Shown here in pieces: positions 1 to 8,879 of a stretch of 62,529 bases of DNA. Positions within the stretch are counted from its first letter, which is position 1; each line of letters opens with the position of its first letter. Below the pieces are notes generated by a model, which saw nothing but the letters and a program-made list of their open reading frames with translations, searched no databases and was not told the DNA's origin. This DNA comes from Nitrospirota bacterium (GTDB taxonomy: Bacteria; Nitrospirota; Thermodesulfovibrionia; Thermodesulfovibrionales; UBA9159), in contig JBBISG010000005.1 in the NCBI GenBank assembly GCA_037441365.1, positions 1 through 62,529 of the forward strand, written 5' to 3'. The position numbers and the translations under genes are program-made.

Positions 1-2
1 AT

Positions 3-287
3 CTGCCCAACTTCGGGACAAAGGACATGGTCGGCAAGATCAAGGCCGTGGAGGGCATGGCGCCGGGAGTGGTCGCTGTTTCCTGGCACTTCGGTCATTG
101 GGGTTACGGCGCGTCGGACGCCGTGATCGACGGCAAGACCATCAAGGGCGACAAGCGGCGCACCACGGGACTTTGTCCCAATGCCGCGATGAAGGTCGAC
201 CCAATACTCAAGAACTCCTGCATGACCGACCCGATCGGCGGCAGTTCCTCGTTCTACGACACAAGGGTAAAGCTCGTGAAGGCTTAG
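3..287 (+). CDS. Molybdopterin oxidoreductase catalytic subunit, C-terminal end (tetrathionate reductase TtrA-like; partial, begins upstream of window)
   Basis: Frame open from base 3. Sequence PGVVAVSWHFGHWGYG...DPIGGSSSFYDTRVKL resembles the molydopterin dinucleotide-binding C-terminus of TtrA/SrdA-type enzymes. Confidence 0.75.
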   Translation: MPNFGTKDMVGKIKAVEGMAPGVVAVSWHFGHWGYGASDAVIDGKTIKGDKRRTTGLCPNAAMKVDPILKNSCMTDPIGGSSSFYDTRVKLVKA

Positions 288-301
288 AATTTCAAAGGCT
301 G

Positions 302-327
302 AGGGGCAGGGATAATTCCCTGCCCCT
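302..327 (+). terminator. Probable intrinsic terminator hairpin
   Basis: AGGGGCAGGGA-TAAT-TCCCTGCCCCT, a perfect 11-bp stem 15 bp after the stop codon; the U-tract is weak. Confidence 0.65.
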
Positions 328-506
328 TGAAAATCAAAACAACGAAGAAAGTAAAAAAATATGGAGGTAGCAGAGAACAGCCTCTTTTTGATTTTGGATT
401 ACTCCTTGCGGAGTCTGAGCGAATTATGGTTACCCCTCCCCTCCACTTTTTTAGGCTAATTTAAAATTTACATGAAATTTACAGGCTAATGTGATAAAAT
501 TTTTTT

Positions 507-1115
507 ATGGAAGAAAGCAAATATCCCTTTGAGGATCTATTGGAAGAATCTGTGAGGCTCCATGGCCACCTTTGTCCCGGACAGGTTCTCGGCGTCAGGA
601 TGTCCATACTCGGATTATCGGAAATTGGAATAGAAGATCCTAAAGGCAGGGATAGGAAGAGTCTTATTGTCTTTGTTGAGATGGACAGGTGTGCAACAGA
701 TGCAGTCCAGTCTGTTACAGGCTGCAGTCTTGGCCACAGGACGATGAAATTCATGGATTACGGGAAGATGGCTGCAACATTTGTGAATCTTAAAACAGGC
801 AGGGCCATAAGGGTTCTCGCGAGAGAGGATGTGAGGGATAAGGCAAAGGAAATGTTTCCGCATATTGAGAACAAATATAAGGCGCAGCTTGAGGCATATA
901 AAGTAATGTCAGATCATGAACTCTTTGATTTGATGGATGTAAAGGTGGAATTAAGGCCTGAAGATATGCCCGGAAGACCATTAAGAAGGGTTAAATGTGA
1001 AGTATGTGGTGAATATATTCAGGACATGAGGGAGGTATATAGGGATGGAAGAATCCTTTGCAAGCCCTGTGACAGAGGTGGTTACTACAGGAATGCAGAC
1101 GACACTATTAGTTAA
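507..1115 (+). CDS. FmdE family protein with C-terminal TraR/DksA-type zinc finger
   Basis: HGHLCPGQVLG, RCATDAVQ..TGCSLG, and C-terminal CEVCGE...CKPC. Confidence 0.9.
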   Translation: MEESKYPFEDLLEESVRLHGHLCPGQVLGVRMSILGLSEIGIEDPKGRDRKSLIVFVEMDRCATDAVQSVTGCSLGHRTMKFMDYGKMAATFVNLKTGRAIRVLAREDVRDKAKEMFPHIENKYKAQLEAYKVMSDHELFDLMDVKVELRPEDMPGRPLRRVKCEVCGEYIQDMREVYRDGRILCKPCDRGGYYRNADDTIS

Positions 1116-1407
1116 TGATCAGGTTATCCCCCTTAATGATTTTACACAGAAATATCTCGGTAACGTGATTAGGGGGATAGTCCTGGCCCTTGGTCAAGAC
1201 TCTCAAGATATAAGGATATATATAGATGATTCAGGCCTGCGGCTTTATTCAGAGGTGGGAGAATTGCCGCTTCTCAGAGATTTTCCAAAAATAATAATTG
1301 AGAGCACTATTAAAGGTATGCTGTCGCCATTAAAGGGTATCTTCTGGTTCGGTAGGATCTCTATATCCTGCAAGAAGATTGAGGGTAAGGTTGAAATGAG
1401 CAATTAA
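1093..1407 (+). CDS. Small protein of two tandem MobB C-terminal-like repeats
   Basis: ATG at 1093 preferred. Two related halves: LLVNDQVIPLNDFTQKYLGNVIRGIV and LYSEVGELPLLRDFPKIIIESTIKGML. Lies in a Mo-cofactor context. Confidence 0.55.
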   Translation: MQTTLLVNDQVIPLNDFTQKYLGNVIRGIVLALGQDSQDIRIYIDDSGLRLYSEVGELPLLRDFPKIIIESTIKGMLSPLKGIFWFGRISISCKKIEGKVEMSN

Positions 1408-1421
1408 AAAAAATTATAATG

Positions 1422-1444
1422 CGTTATGCAAAAATGGCATAACG
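1422..1444. promoter_or_regulatory. ModE-box-like operator
   Basis: Perfect palindrome CGTTATGC-N7-GCATAACG upstream of a ModE-family gene, resembling the CGTTATA...TATAACG ModE consensus. Confidence 0.75.
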
Positions 1445-1477
1445 GTAATAATCAGTAATTGGGAAAGGATATAAAAA

Positions 1478-1825
1478 ATGGAGATCAAATCCAAACTCTG
1501 GATAGAGGTAGATGGAGAGCCAGTATTTGGCAGAGGAAGGAGATTCCTTCTTCAGGCAATAGACAGATACGGTTCAATAAATCAGGCTGCAAAAGAGATA
1601 AACATTTCTTATAGAAAGGCATGGAGCTATATAAAGGCGATGGAAGACAGGCTCGGTATCAAGTTAGTGGAGCGCCATGCTGGGGGTAAAAACGGAGGCG
1701 GTGCGGCTCTCACAGAGGGTGCCCGTAAATTTTTAAAGCAATATGAGCTTCTGGAAGATGGCATAAGGGAGATTGTTGATAAGAGATTTAAGAGCATATT
1801 TAATAAGAATGACATAGGAGGGTAG
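1478..1825 (+). CDS. modE: ModE-family winged-helix transcriptional regulator (DNA-binding domain only)
   Basis: FGRGRRFLLQAIDRYGSINQAAKEINISYRKAW...GGKNGGGAALT; no TOBE/Mop domains. Confidence 0.85.
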   Translation: MEIKSKLWIEVDGEPVFGRGRRFLLQAIDRYGSINQAAKEINISYRKAWSYIKAMEDRLGIKLVERHAGGKNGGGAALTEGARKFLKQYELLEDGIREIVDKRFKSIFNKNDIGG

Positions 1826-1826
1826 T

Positions 1827-2996
1827 ATGTGTGACATTCAAAACTCGGATACGAAGAACAGGCTCGGTGTCAAAACAATTCCTGTAGAAGAAGCCGTAGG
1901 AATGGTTCTGGCGCATGATATTACGGAGATAAGGAAGGACGAGTTTAAGGGTAGGGCATTCAAGAAGGGGCACATTGTCAGGCAGGAGGATATAAGTCAT
2001 CTCCAGAGGCTTGGGAAAGAACATCTCTTTGTCATTAATATCGCTGAAGATGAGATGCATGAAGACGATGCTGCCTATGCCCTTGCCAATGCCTTAATGG
2101 GTGAAGGCGTAAAGATGGAAGGAGAACCAAAGGAGGGGAAGATAAACATAATTGCCGACAGGGATGGGCTTTTAAAAATCAATAAACAGGCCCTCATTCA
2201 GTTCAATATGCTCGGAGATGTGATGTGTGCAACGCTTCATAATAATACTGTTGTGAGAAAGGGACAGATTGTTGCAGGCACGAGGGCAATACCACTTGTC
2301 GTGAAAAAGGAGATAGTGGAAAGGGCAGTCGAGATAGCAGAAAGCTGTAGATTCAAGAATCAAGAATCTTCAGCCTGTTCAGGGATTATTGAAGTCAGAG
2401 AGATTAGAAAACCAAAGGTAGGTGTTGTTATTACTGGCAATGAGGTCTATTACGGACGGATAAGGGATGCCTTTGCACCAATTGTAACAAAAAAGATTGA
2501 AGGTTTTGGCGGTGAGATAGTAGGAATTTATTACGCTCCCGATGATGAAAAAGTGATTGAAGACAGGCTCAGAGAACTCATAGACGCCGGCGCAGATTTG
2601 CTTATAACAACAGGAGGCATGTCTGTCGACCCTGACGATGTCACGAGGTTTGCCATTAGAAGGCTCGGTGCTGCCGACATCACATATGGCTCAGCAGTGC
2701 TGCCCGGTGCAATGTTTTTAGTAGCATATCTCCAGAAGACAGAACACAGAACACAGAACACAGACAAAAAAGAAAGTCTGTCCTCTGACTTCTGTCCTCT
2801 GTGTTCTGAATCTATTCCTGTTCTCGGCATTCCTGCCTGTGGTATGTATCATAAGACAACCGTATTTGATTTAATATTGCCGAGGGTTCTTGCAGGAGAA
2901 AGAATCGGCAGAAAGGAACTTGCAGAGCTCGGGCACGGTGGCCTCTGTATGAACTGCAAGGAATGCAGGTATCCCATTTGTCCATTCGGAAAGTAA
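1827..2996 (+). CDS. MoeA-like molybdopterin-binding protein
   Basis: VEEAVGMVLAHDITEI, ITGNEV, TTGGMSVDPDDVT, PGAMFL, C-terminal CMNCKECRYPICPF. Confidence 0.85.
   Translation: MCDIQNSDTKNRLGVKTIPVEEAVGMVLAHDITEIRKDEFKGRAFKKGHIVRQEDISHLQRLGKEHLFVINIAEDEMHEDDAAYALANALMGEGVKMEGEPKEGKINIIADRDGLLKINKQALIQFNMLGDVMCATLHNNTVVRKGQIVAGTRAIPLVVKKEIVERAVEIAESCRFKNQESSACSGIIEVREIRKPKVGVVITGNEVYYGRIRDAFAPIVTKKIEGFGGEIVGIYYAPDDEKVIEDRLRELIDAGADLLITTGGMSVDPDDVTRFAIRRLGAADITYGSAVLPGAMFLVAYLQKTEHRTQNTDKKESLSSDFCPLCSESIPVLGIPACGMYHKTTVFDLILPRVLAGERIGRKELAELGHGGLCMNCKECRYPICPFGK
2733..2808. repeat. Palindromic heptamer tandem repeat inserted in-frame in the MoeA-like gene
   Basis: CAGAAGA(CAGAACA)3CAGAC, A-rich loop, then GTCTG TCCTCTG ACTTCTG TCCTCTG TGTTCTG. 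Confidence 0.85.
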
Positions 2997-2998
2997 AA

Positions 2999-3383
2999 AT
3001 GAAGATAAAAGACCCCCTGAGGCTTACCCTGATATTCACACTTCTCAGGAGTTGCATGGTCTCTATCTAAGAGAATCACTAAGGATATAGAGAGGGAGAT
3101 AGAGCATAAGAGACTTAAGGCAGCTATTGAACTTGCAGGAGCTGCTGCACATGAAATCAGGCAGCCCCTGGCGATAATAACAGGCTTTGCAGAAATTGTG
3201 GAGACAAAGATAGCGAAAAACGAAATGCCCTTAAATGAGTTAGAAATAATTATCCAGCAATGCTGGAAAATTAATGAAATAATAAAAAAGATGACTAATA
3301 TAACAGTGTATAAGACAAAACCATATGTCGAAGGCACTGACATAATTGACCTTGGTGTGGATTCAAAAAACTCCGAGGATTAA
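2999..3383 (+). pseudogene. Frameshifted membrane-anchored HisKA-domain-only protein
   Basis: ATG 2999 gives MKIKDPLRLTLIFTLL then stops early. A second frame, open from 3033, gives SGVAWSLSK...AAIELAGAAAHEIRQPLAII (H-box) to the stop at 3383. Shift near 3045. Confidence 0.65.
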
Positions 3384-3469
3384 CAATTTTTCTCCTTCAG
3401 TTTTACCTTTGATGTCAGGGGTCTTGAATAATTATCTTTTTTTCATTATGATTATCTAAGGGAGATGGT

Positions 3470-3691
3470 ATGTTAAGGGAAAGAGTTGAAGAAGTTCTTG
3501 AAAAAATAAGGGACGGCCTGAGGAGAGAGGGTGGGGATATAGAGCTCATGGATGTGAGGGACGATGTTGTTTACGTTAGACTTAAGGGGGCTTGTGCCAC
3601 ATGCCCTATGTCTTTACTCACTATGAAGAACTGGGTTGAACAGAATCTCAAGAAGGAGATTCCGGAGATAGTTGCTGTCCAGACACTATGA
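3470..3691 (+). CDS. NifU/NfuA C-terminal-domain Fe-S scaffold protein
   Basis: EGGDIEL...LKGACATCPMS (CxxC). Confidence 0.9.
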   Translation: MLRERVEEVLEKIRDGLRREGGDIELMDVRDDVVYVRLKGACATCPMSLLTMKNWVEQNLKKEIPEIVAVQTL

Positions 3692-4899
3692 ACTATAAAA
3701 GAATAATTGCTATTTCACTCCTTTATCTCTGCCTTTCATCAAATGCAGAAGCAGAAATAGCCGAGGTCAGGGGCATTCGCCACTGGTCATCTTCGGGCCA
3801 CACAAGGGTAGTGGTAGACCTATCGCAACCTGTCGAATTTACCAAAAACCGCCTGTCAAATCCAGACAGGCTTTATTTTGACCTTAAGAATTCAAAAATT
3901 GCAAGGGAAATAAAACATAAGCTGCCTGTCGGAGATGGCATATTGAAGTCGGTAAGGGCGGGGCAGTTCAGCCCTGATACTGTGAGGGTAGTCCTCGATC
4001 TTGAGACTATTGAAGGCTATGATGTCTTTATCCTCGACGACCCGACAAGGCTTGTTATTGATGTAAATGCAAAGAAGGCAGAAAGGATAACAGCCAGAAA
4101 AGTAGTTATCATAGACCCGGGGCATGGCGGTCATGACCCTGGCGCTATAGGTCCGAGGGGGCTGCGCGAGAAGGATGTTGTTCTGGACATTGCCTTGAAG
4201 GTCAGGGATATCCTGTCAGATGAAGCATCTATCGAGGTGAGTCTTACAAGGGAGGCGGATGTATTCATACCACTTGAAGAGCGGACAGCTATAGCGAGGA
4301 ATAAGGATGCCGACCTATTTGTCTCCATCCATGCCAATGCGAGTCCAAAGAGGGTCGCAAGGGGGGTAGAGACATACCTTCTGAACTGGACAAATGATGA
4401 AGAGGCGATAAGGGTTGCGGCAAGGGAGAATCAGATATCCCTCAAGAGGATGAGGGAAAAAATGGAAAGGTATAAAAGAGATGTGGTTGACCTGATAAAA
4501 AGCGAACTGAGCAGGCAATACAATAGAGATGAATCGGTTGCCCTTGCCAACTATGTCCAGGGCTCTATCGTTTCGACTGTTAGGAGGATTCATAAGAACA
4601 TCCAGGATCTCGGGGTGAAACAGGCTCTATTTTATGTCCTTGTTGGTGCCTCTATGCCGTCGATCCTTGTGGAGGTCTCATTTATAAGCAATCCTGATGA
4701 GGAAAGGCTGCTCTCTGATGAGGGTTACCGCCGTCTCATCGCTGCTTCGATAGCCACAGGGATAAAGGAGTATCTCAGGTCGCAGTCCAATATACAGAAG
4801 GTCGCCGACAGCTGGGGTCTTCAGAAAGTCGCAGACTTTCGCTGGCAGAGCAATGGTGCCAATGGAGGTCTGCCTTTCGACGGTTCAGGTAGGCGGTGA
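3688..4899 (+). CDS. amiC: N-acetylmuramoyl-L-alanine amidase with AMIN domains
   Basis: Signal peptide, AMIN repeats (TRVVVDL, PDRLYFD), IDPGHGGHDPGA, SIHAN, LVEVSFISN. Confidence 0.9.
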   Translation: MNYKRIIAISLLYLCLSSNAEAEIAEVRGIRHWSSSGHTRVVVDLSQPVEFTKNRLSNPDRLYFDLKNSKIAREIKHKLPVGDGILKSVRAGQFSPDTVRVVLDLETIEGYDVFILDDPTRLVIDVNAKKAERITARKVVIIDPGHGGHDPGAIGPRGLREKDVVLDIALKVRDILSDEASIEVSLTREADVFIPLEERTAIARNKDADLFVSIHANASPKRVARGVETYLLNWTNDEEAIRVAARENQISLKRMREKMERYKRDVVDLIKSELSRQYNRDESVALANYVQGSIVSTVRRIHKNIQDLGVKQALFYVLVGASMPSILVEVSFISNPDEERLLSDEGYRRLIAASIATGIKEYLRSQSNIQKVADSWGLQKVADFRWQSNGANGGLPFDGSGRR

Positions 4900-5503
4900 T
4901 CGTCCCTTGTTACCTTTGCTTAAGATCTCTTTATATGTTGTTTTTGCATTAAGCCTTTTCTTCATCAGAAACATTTACAGCCATCTGTTCATTGCCCTTT
5001 CAGTCTCTTTCTTTTTATTGCTATTGCCTTTCAGGGCTATTAAGGGTGGCCTCATCCCGATAATCGTATTCTTGCTGTTTACCTTCGGAGGCAACATATT
5101 TTTTCACCCAGGCAGGATAATCTATGGTAATGGTTTTTTATCGATAACCGATGAGGGTATTCGCTTTGCCAGTATCAGGACATTGAGGGTCTTTTCTATG
5201 ATTGGGGGGGCAAAGATACTGACTTCCCTTCTTCCGCCAGGTGAGATGATCAAGGCCATGGACAGGATTCTGAGGCCGCTGGAGAGGATCGGACTGCCCG
5301 TAAGTGAATTTTTCTCGATCATGGGATTGACATTAAAATCCTTTCCCCTATTGACCGATTATCTTTTAAGGACATACAGGGAGGATATAAAGAAGAATGA
5401 GCTTCGCGGATTTCTGAGCCGTGTGAAGCACACGGCACTGTTTCTGATGCCTATTTTTGTTGAGAGCATCCGCTCACCAGAAAAATTTTTTGACACCAGA
5501 TAA
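4853..5503 (+). CDS. ECF transporter transmembrane component T (EcfT/CbiQ family)
   Basis: Hydrophobic protein with LRPLERIGLPV motif; start uncertain and may lie downstream. Confidence 0.7.
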   Translation: MVPMEVCLSTVQVGGDRPLLPLLKISLYVVFALSLFFIRNIYSHLFIALSVSFFLLLLPFRAIKGGLIPIIVFLLFTFGGNIFFHPGRIIYGNGFLSITDEGIRFASIRTLRVFSMIGGAKILTSLLPPGEMIKAMDRILRPLERIGLPVSEFFSIMGLTLKSFPLLTDYLLRTYREDIKKNELRGFLSRVKHTALFLMPIFVESIRSPEKFFDTR

Positions 5504-5505
5504 TA

Positions 5506-7098
5506 ATGGGGAAGAGGATAGACATTTTAATCAGGGGTGCCATGGTATATGACGGCACAGGCAACGAGCCGATAGCGGCTGATATAGCTATAAAGGGTGA
5601 TAGGATAGCAGCACTCTTTAAACCTGGTGAATTTGGCGGAGATGCTGAAAGGGTAATAGAGGCAGAAGGTCTTTCTGTTGCGCCAGGCTTTATAGACACA
5701 CATTCCCATTCAGAATTCACACTGCTTGCTGATAGCCGTGCTGAGGGGAAGGTGCTTCAGGGTATAACAACCGAGGTCAATGGCAATTGCGGCCTGTCAG
5801 CAGCCCCTGTTTATGGCGATGCGCTAAGGCAGCGTGAGAAAGACCTTGAGGAGTTTTGTATAAAGGAGAGGTGGTCCACATTCAGGGAATATTTCCGTAT
5901 CCTCGAGGATAAAGGGATTGCGGTAAACTTTGCCACACTCGCAGGCCATGGAAATTTAAGGGCATCTGTGATTGGTTACGATAACAGGGCACCCAATGAG
6001 GCTGAGCTCAGAGATATGGTCAGACTGCTCAGGGAGGCCATCGGTGATGGCGCCATAGGTATCTCCACAGGATTGATATACCCCCCAGGGGTATATGCAA
6101 AGACAGAAGAGATCATCGAGCTTACAGGAAGTATCAGGGATTGTATATACACCAGCCATATCCGGAGTGAGGGTAGTGAATTGATAGAGGCCGTGGAGGA
6201 GACAATAAGGATAGGAAGGGAATCGGGGATTGCTATTCATGTATCCCACATAAAGACTGCTGGAAAGGCCAACTGGCACAAGATAGATCAGGCCATATCC
6301 CTTATAGAAGATGCAGCTCAGGAAGGCATCAGGGTGACCTGTGATAGATACCCCTATACCGCTGCATCTACAGACCTCGATGCGATACTGCCTTCATGGG
6401 CATATATCGGAGGTAATGAGGAAGAACTGAATAAACTCAACGACCCTCGCATCAGGGCAGCAATAAGGCATGAGGTTCTGTCACAGCATCCATCTGGTGA
6501 TTACTGGAGCAGCATTAAGATAGCCTCTGTAAATTCAGGACCCAACAAATGGATGGAGGGCAAAGACCTGTCTTATATCTCGGAGAGGGCAGGAAAGATG
6601 CCTGTTGACCTCTTTCTTGATCTCCTGATCGAGGAAAGGCTCAGGGTGAGTGCGATCTTTCACTCAATGTGTGAGGAAAACCTGCTACGATTCCTTTCAC
6701 TACCCTGTGTGATGGTAGGCTCTGACAGTTCAGCCCGCTCCTTTGATGGCCCAACCCATAAAGGAAAGCCTCATCCGAGGGGCTTCGGGAGCTTCCCAAG
6801 GTTCATAGGCATGTATGTGAGGGATAAGGGGTTGATGAATTTAAGCGAGGCGATCCGCAAAACAACAATGCTTCCTGCCATGACATTCGGACTGAAAGAT
6901 AGAGGCCAGATAAGGAATGGTTTTTTTGCTGATATAGTGATCTTTGATGATGAGAGGATTATTGACAGGGCAACCTTTGACGACCCCTTTGTCAAACCTG
7001 ACGGGGTTTGCTGTGTGCTTGTCAATGGCTCACTTGCTGTATGGGATGCAGCTCCAACGGGCATTATGGCGGGAAGGGTATTAAGACATGGAGGATAA
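5506..7098 (+). CDS. N-acyl-D-amino-acid deacylase (D-aminoacylase)
   Basis: PGFIDTHSHSE, GITTEVNGNCG, HIRSE, PHPRGFGSFPR. Confidence 0.92.
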   Translation: MGKRIDILIRGAMVYDGTGNEPIAADIAIKGDRIAALFKPGEFGGDAERVIEAEGLSVAPGFIDTHSHSEFTLLADSRAEGKVLQGITTEVNGNCGLSAAPVYGDALRQREKDLEEFCIKERWSTFREYFRILEDKGIAVNFATLAGHGNLRASVIGYDNRAPNEAELRDMVRLLREAIGDGAIGISTGLIYPPGVYAKTEEIIELTGSIRDCIYTSHIRSEGSELIEAVEETIRIGRESGIAIHVSHIKTAGKANWHKIDQAISLIEDAAQEGIRVTCDRYPYTAASTDLDAILPSWAYIGGNEEELNKLNDPRIRAAIRHEVLSQHPSGDYWSSIKIASVNSGPNKWMEGKDLSYISERAGKMPVDLFLDLLIEERLRVSAIFHSMCEENLLRFLSLPCVMVGSDSSARSFDGPTHKGKPHPRGFGSFPRFIGMYVRDKGLMNLSEAIRKTTMLPAMTFGLKDRGQIRNGFFADIVIFDDERIIDRATFDDPFVKPDGVCCVLVNGSLAVWDAAPTGIMAGRVLRHGG

Positions 7099-7106
7099 GC
7101 CTTCCG

Positions 7107-7826
7107 ATGGTAATTAAAGTGAAGGATCGACCTGTTATAGGTATCACTATCGATATTGAAGGCGAATATCTGAGACTTAAGCATCAGTATCCATCAGCGG
7201 TGATGAGGGCAGGGGGGATGCCGGTCCTGATACCGCACAAAAGCGATACATCCTCTGTTGCAAGATTTATCGATGGTCTCCTTATACCAGGCGGCAATGA
7301 TATCGACCCGTCTTATTTTCATGAGCTCCCCCATCCTTCTGTGAGATTGACACTGAGGGAGAGGACTAACTTTGAGATAACTCTGCTGAGGTCTGTCATG
7401 GAACTCGGAAAACCAGTGCTTGGCATATGCTATGGTATGCAGCTTATAAATGTAACCCTCGGAGGAAGCCTTTACCAGGACATAGGGTCTCAGATCAGCG
7501 GTGCTATCGACCATAGAAATGGGCGGCATAATATAGAAATTGTCCAACCAGCGGCGGTGCACATCCTGAGACCTTTAATCGGCAAACTCACTGGAGTTGT
7601 CGTTGGGTCCTCCCATCATCAGGCAGTGAAAGGGCTTGGTGAGGGGCTGGAGGTCTTCGCAGTATCAGAGGAAGGGGTAATAGAAGGCTTCTTTAAGAAG
7701 GATTATCCCTTTCTTGTAGGTGTCCAGTGGCACCCCGAGAGGGTCTCGGAGTTTGAGGAAAAATATGATAAACTTTCTTCAGGGATATTTGAATTATTCA
7801 TAAAACATGCAGCAGGGGTTATTTAG
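7107..7826 (+). CDS. Gamma-glutamyl-gamma-aminobutyrate hydrolase family (peptidase C26)
   Basis: GICYGMQ, SHHQAV, GVQWHPE; ATG 7107 follows a GGAGG. Confidence 0.88.
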   Translation: MVIKVKDRPVIGITIDIEGEYLRLKHQYPSAVMRAGGMPVLIPHKSDTSSVARFIDGLLIPGGNDIDPSYFHELPHPSVRLTLRERTNFEITLLRSVMELGKPVLGICYGMQLINVTLGGSLYQDIGSQISGAIDHRNGRHNIEIVQPAAVHILRPLIGKLTGVVVGSSHHQAVKGLGEGLEVFAVSEEGVIEGFFKKDYPFLVGVQWHPERVSEFEEKYDKLSSGIFELFIKHAAGVI

Positions 7827-7832
7827 CCGTTT

Positions 7833-8879
7833 ATGGTAAACAGATTCTATTTTCTCATGCTTACTGCCCTGGTATTGCTCCTCGGCTATCTAAGCTACCA
7901 GATACTGAGGCCATTTCTGGCCCCGATTGCATGGGCCATTGTCCTTTCAATGGTATTCTATCCTGTATATGCCTTTATCCTGAGGCATATAAAAAGAAAG
8001 TCTGCGGCATCCCTGATCACACTCGGTTTGATAGTGGTAATAATCCTCGGTCCCTTCTCTTATCTCTTTTTCCTGCTCATCTCAGAACTGAGGGATGTAT
8101 CAGGGTATATAGAGGGTGGAAAGGTCGAGACATTAAAGGAGACATTAAGGCATCCTGCAGTAAAGGCAATAACCGACAAGATAATACCTCTGTTTAATAT
8201 GACCGAGGCCGAAATGGACAGGGCCATTGTGGATGGTATCTCAAAGGCAGGGAAAGAGTTTATGGGCAAGGCCACAAAGGGGGTTGGCAATATCCTGACC
8301 GGGACATTAAACTTCATATTCATGTCCTTCTCCATATTTTTCCTTTTAAGGGACGGCACAGGTTTTCTGGAGAGAATCAGAGACTATATGCCATTTTCAG
8401 AGGAACAGAAAGACAGACTGACGGCACAGATAAGGGATATCATAGTGTCAACGATATACGGTGGTATCATAGTCGCTATTATTCAGGGAGTGATCGGGGG
8501 TATCGCCTATTCTGTCCTTGGGATACCATCTCCTGTTATGTGGGGGATGGCCACATCGATCGCCTCTTTTATACCCCTTATTGGTGCATTCGCTGTATGG
8601 GGTCCTGCAACAGTTTATCTCTTTATTCAGGGTGCTACATTGAAGGGCATTGCACTTGCAATTATAGGCATATTTGGTATAAGCTTAATTGATAATGTTT
8701 TAAGGCCCATCATAATAGGTGGCAGGACAAAGATGCCGGTCCTCGCCATCTTCTTCAGTGTTTTGGGAGGGATAAAATTATTTGGATTGATAGGGCTTAT
8801 AATGGGGCCCCTGGTGCTGGCACTTTTTTTATCGGTAGTCGAGATATTCAGAAATATCGAAGGAGGACAGAATGCTTAG
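7833..8879 (+). CDS. AI-2E family transporter
   Basis: Multi-TM protein with DNVLRPIIIG and GGIKLFGLIGLIMGP. Confidence 0.9.
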   Translation: MVNRFYFLMLTALVLLLGYLSYQILRPFLAPIAWAIVLSMVFYPVYAFILRHIKRKSAASLITLGLIVVIILGPFSYLFFLLISELRDVSGYIEGGKVETLKETLRHPAVKAITDKIIPLFNMTEAEMDRAIVDGISKAGKEFMGKATKGVGNILTGTLNFIFMSFSIFFLLRDGTGFLERIRDYMPFSEEQKDRLTAQIRDIIVSTIYGGIIVAIIQGVIGGIAYSVLGIPSPVMWGMATSIASFIPLIGAFAVWGPATVYLFIQGATLKGIALAIIGIFGISLIDNVLRPIIIGGRTKMPVLAIFFSVLGGIKLFGLIGLIMGPLVLALFLSVVEIFRNIEGGQNA

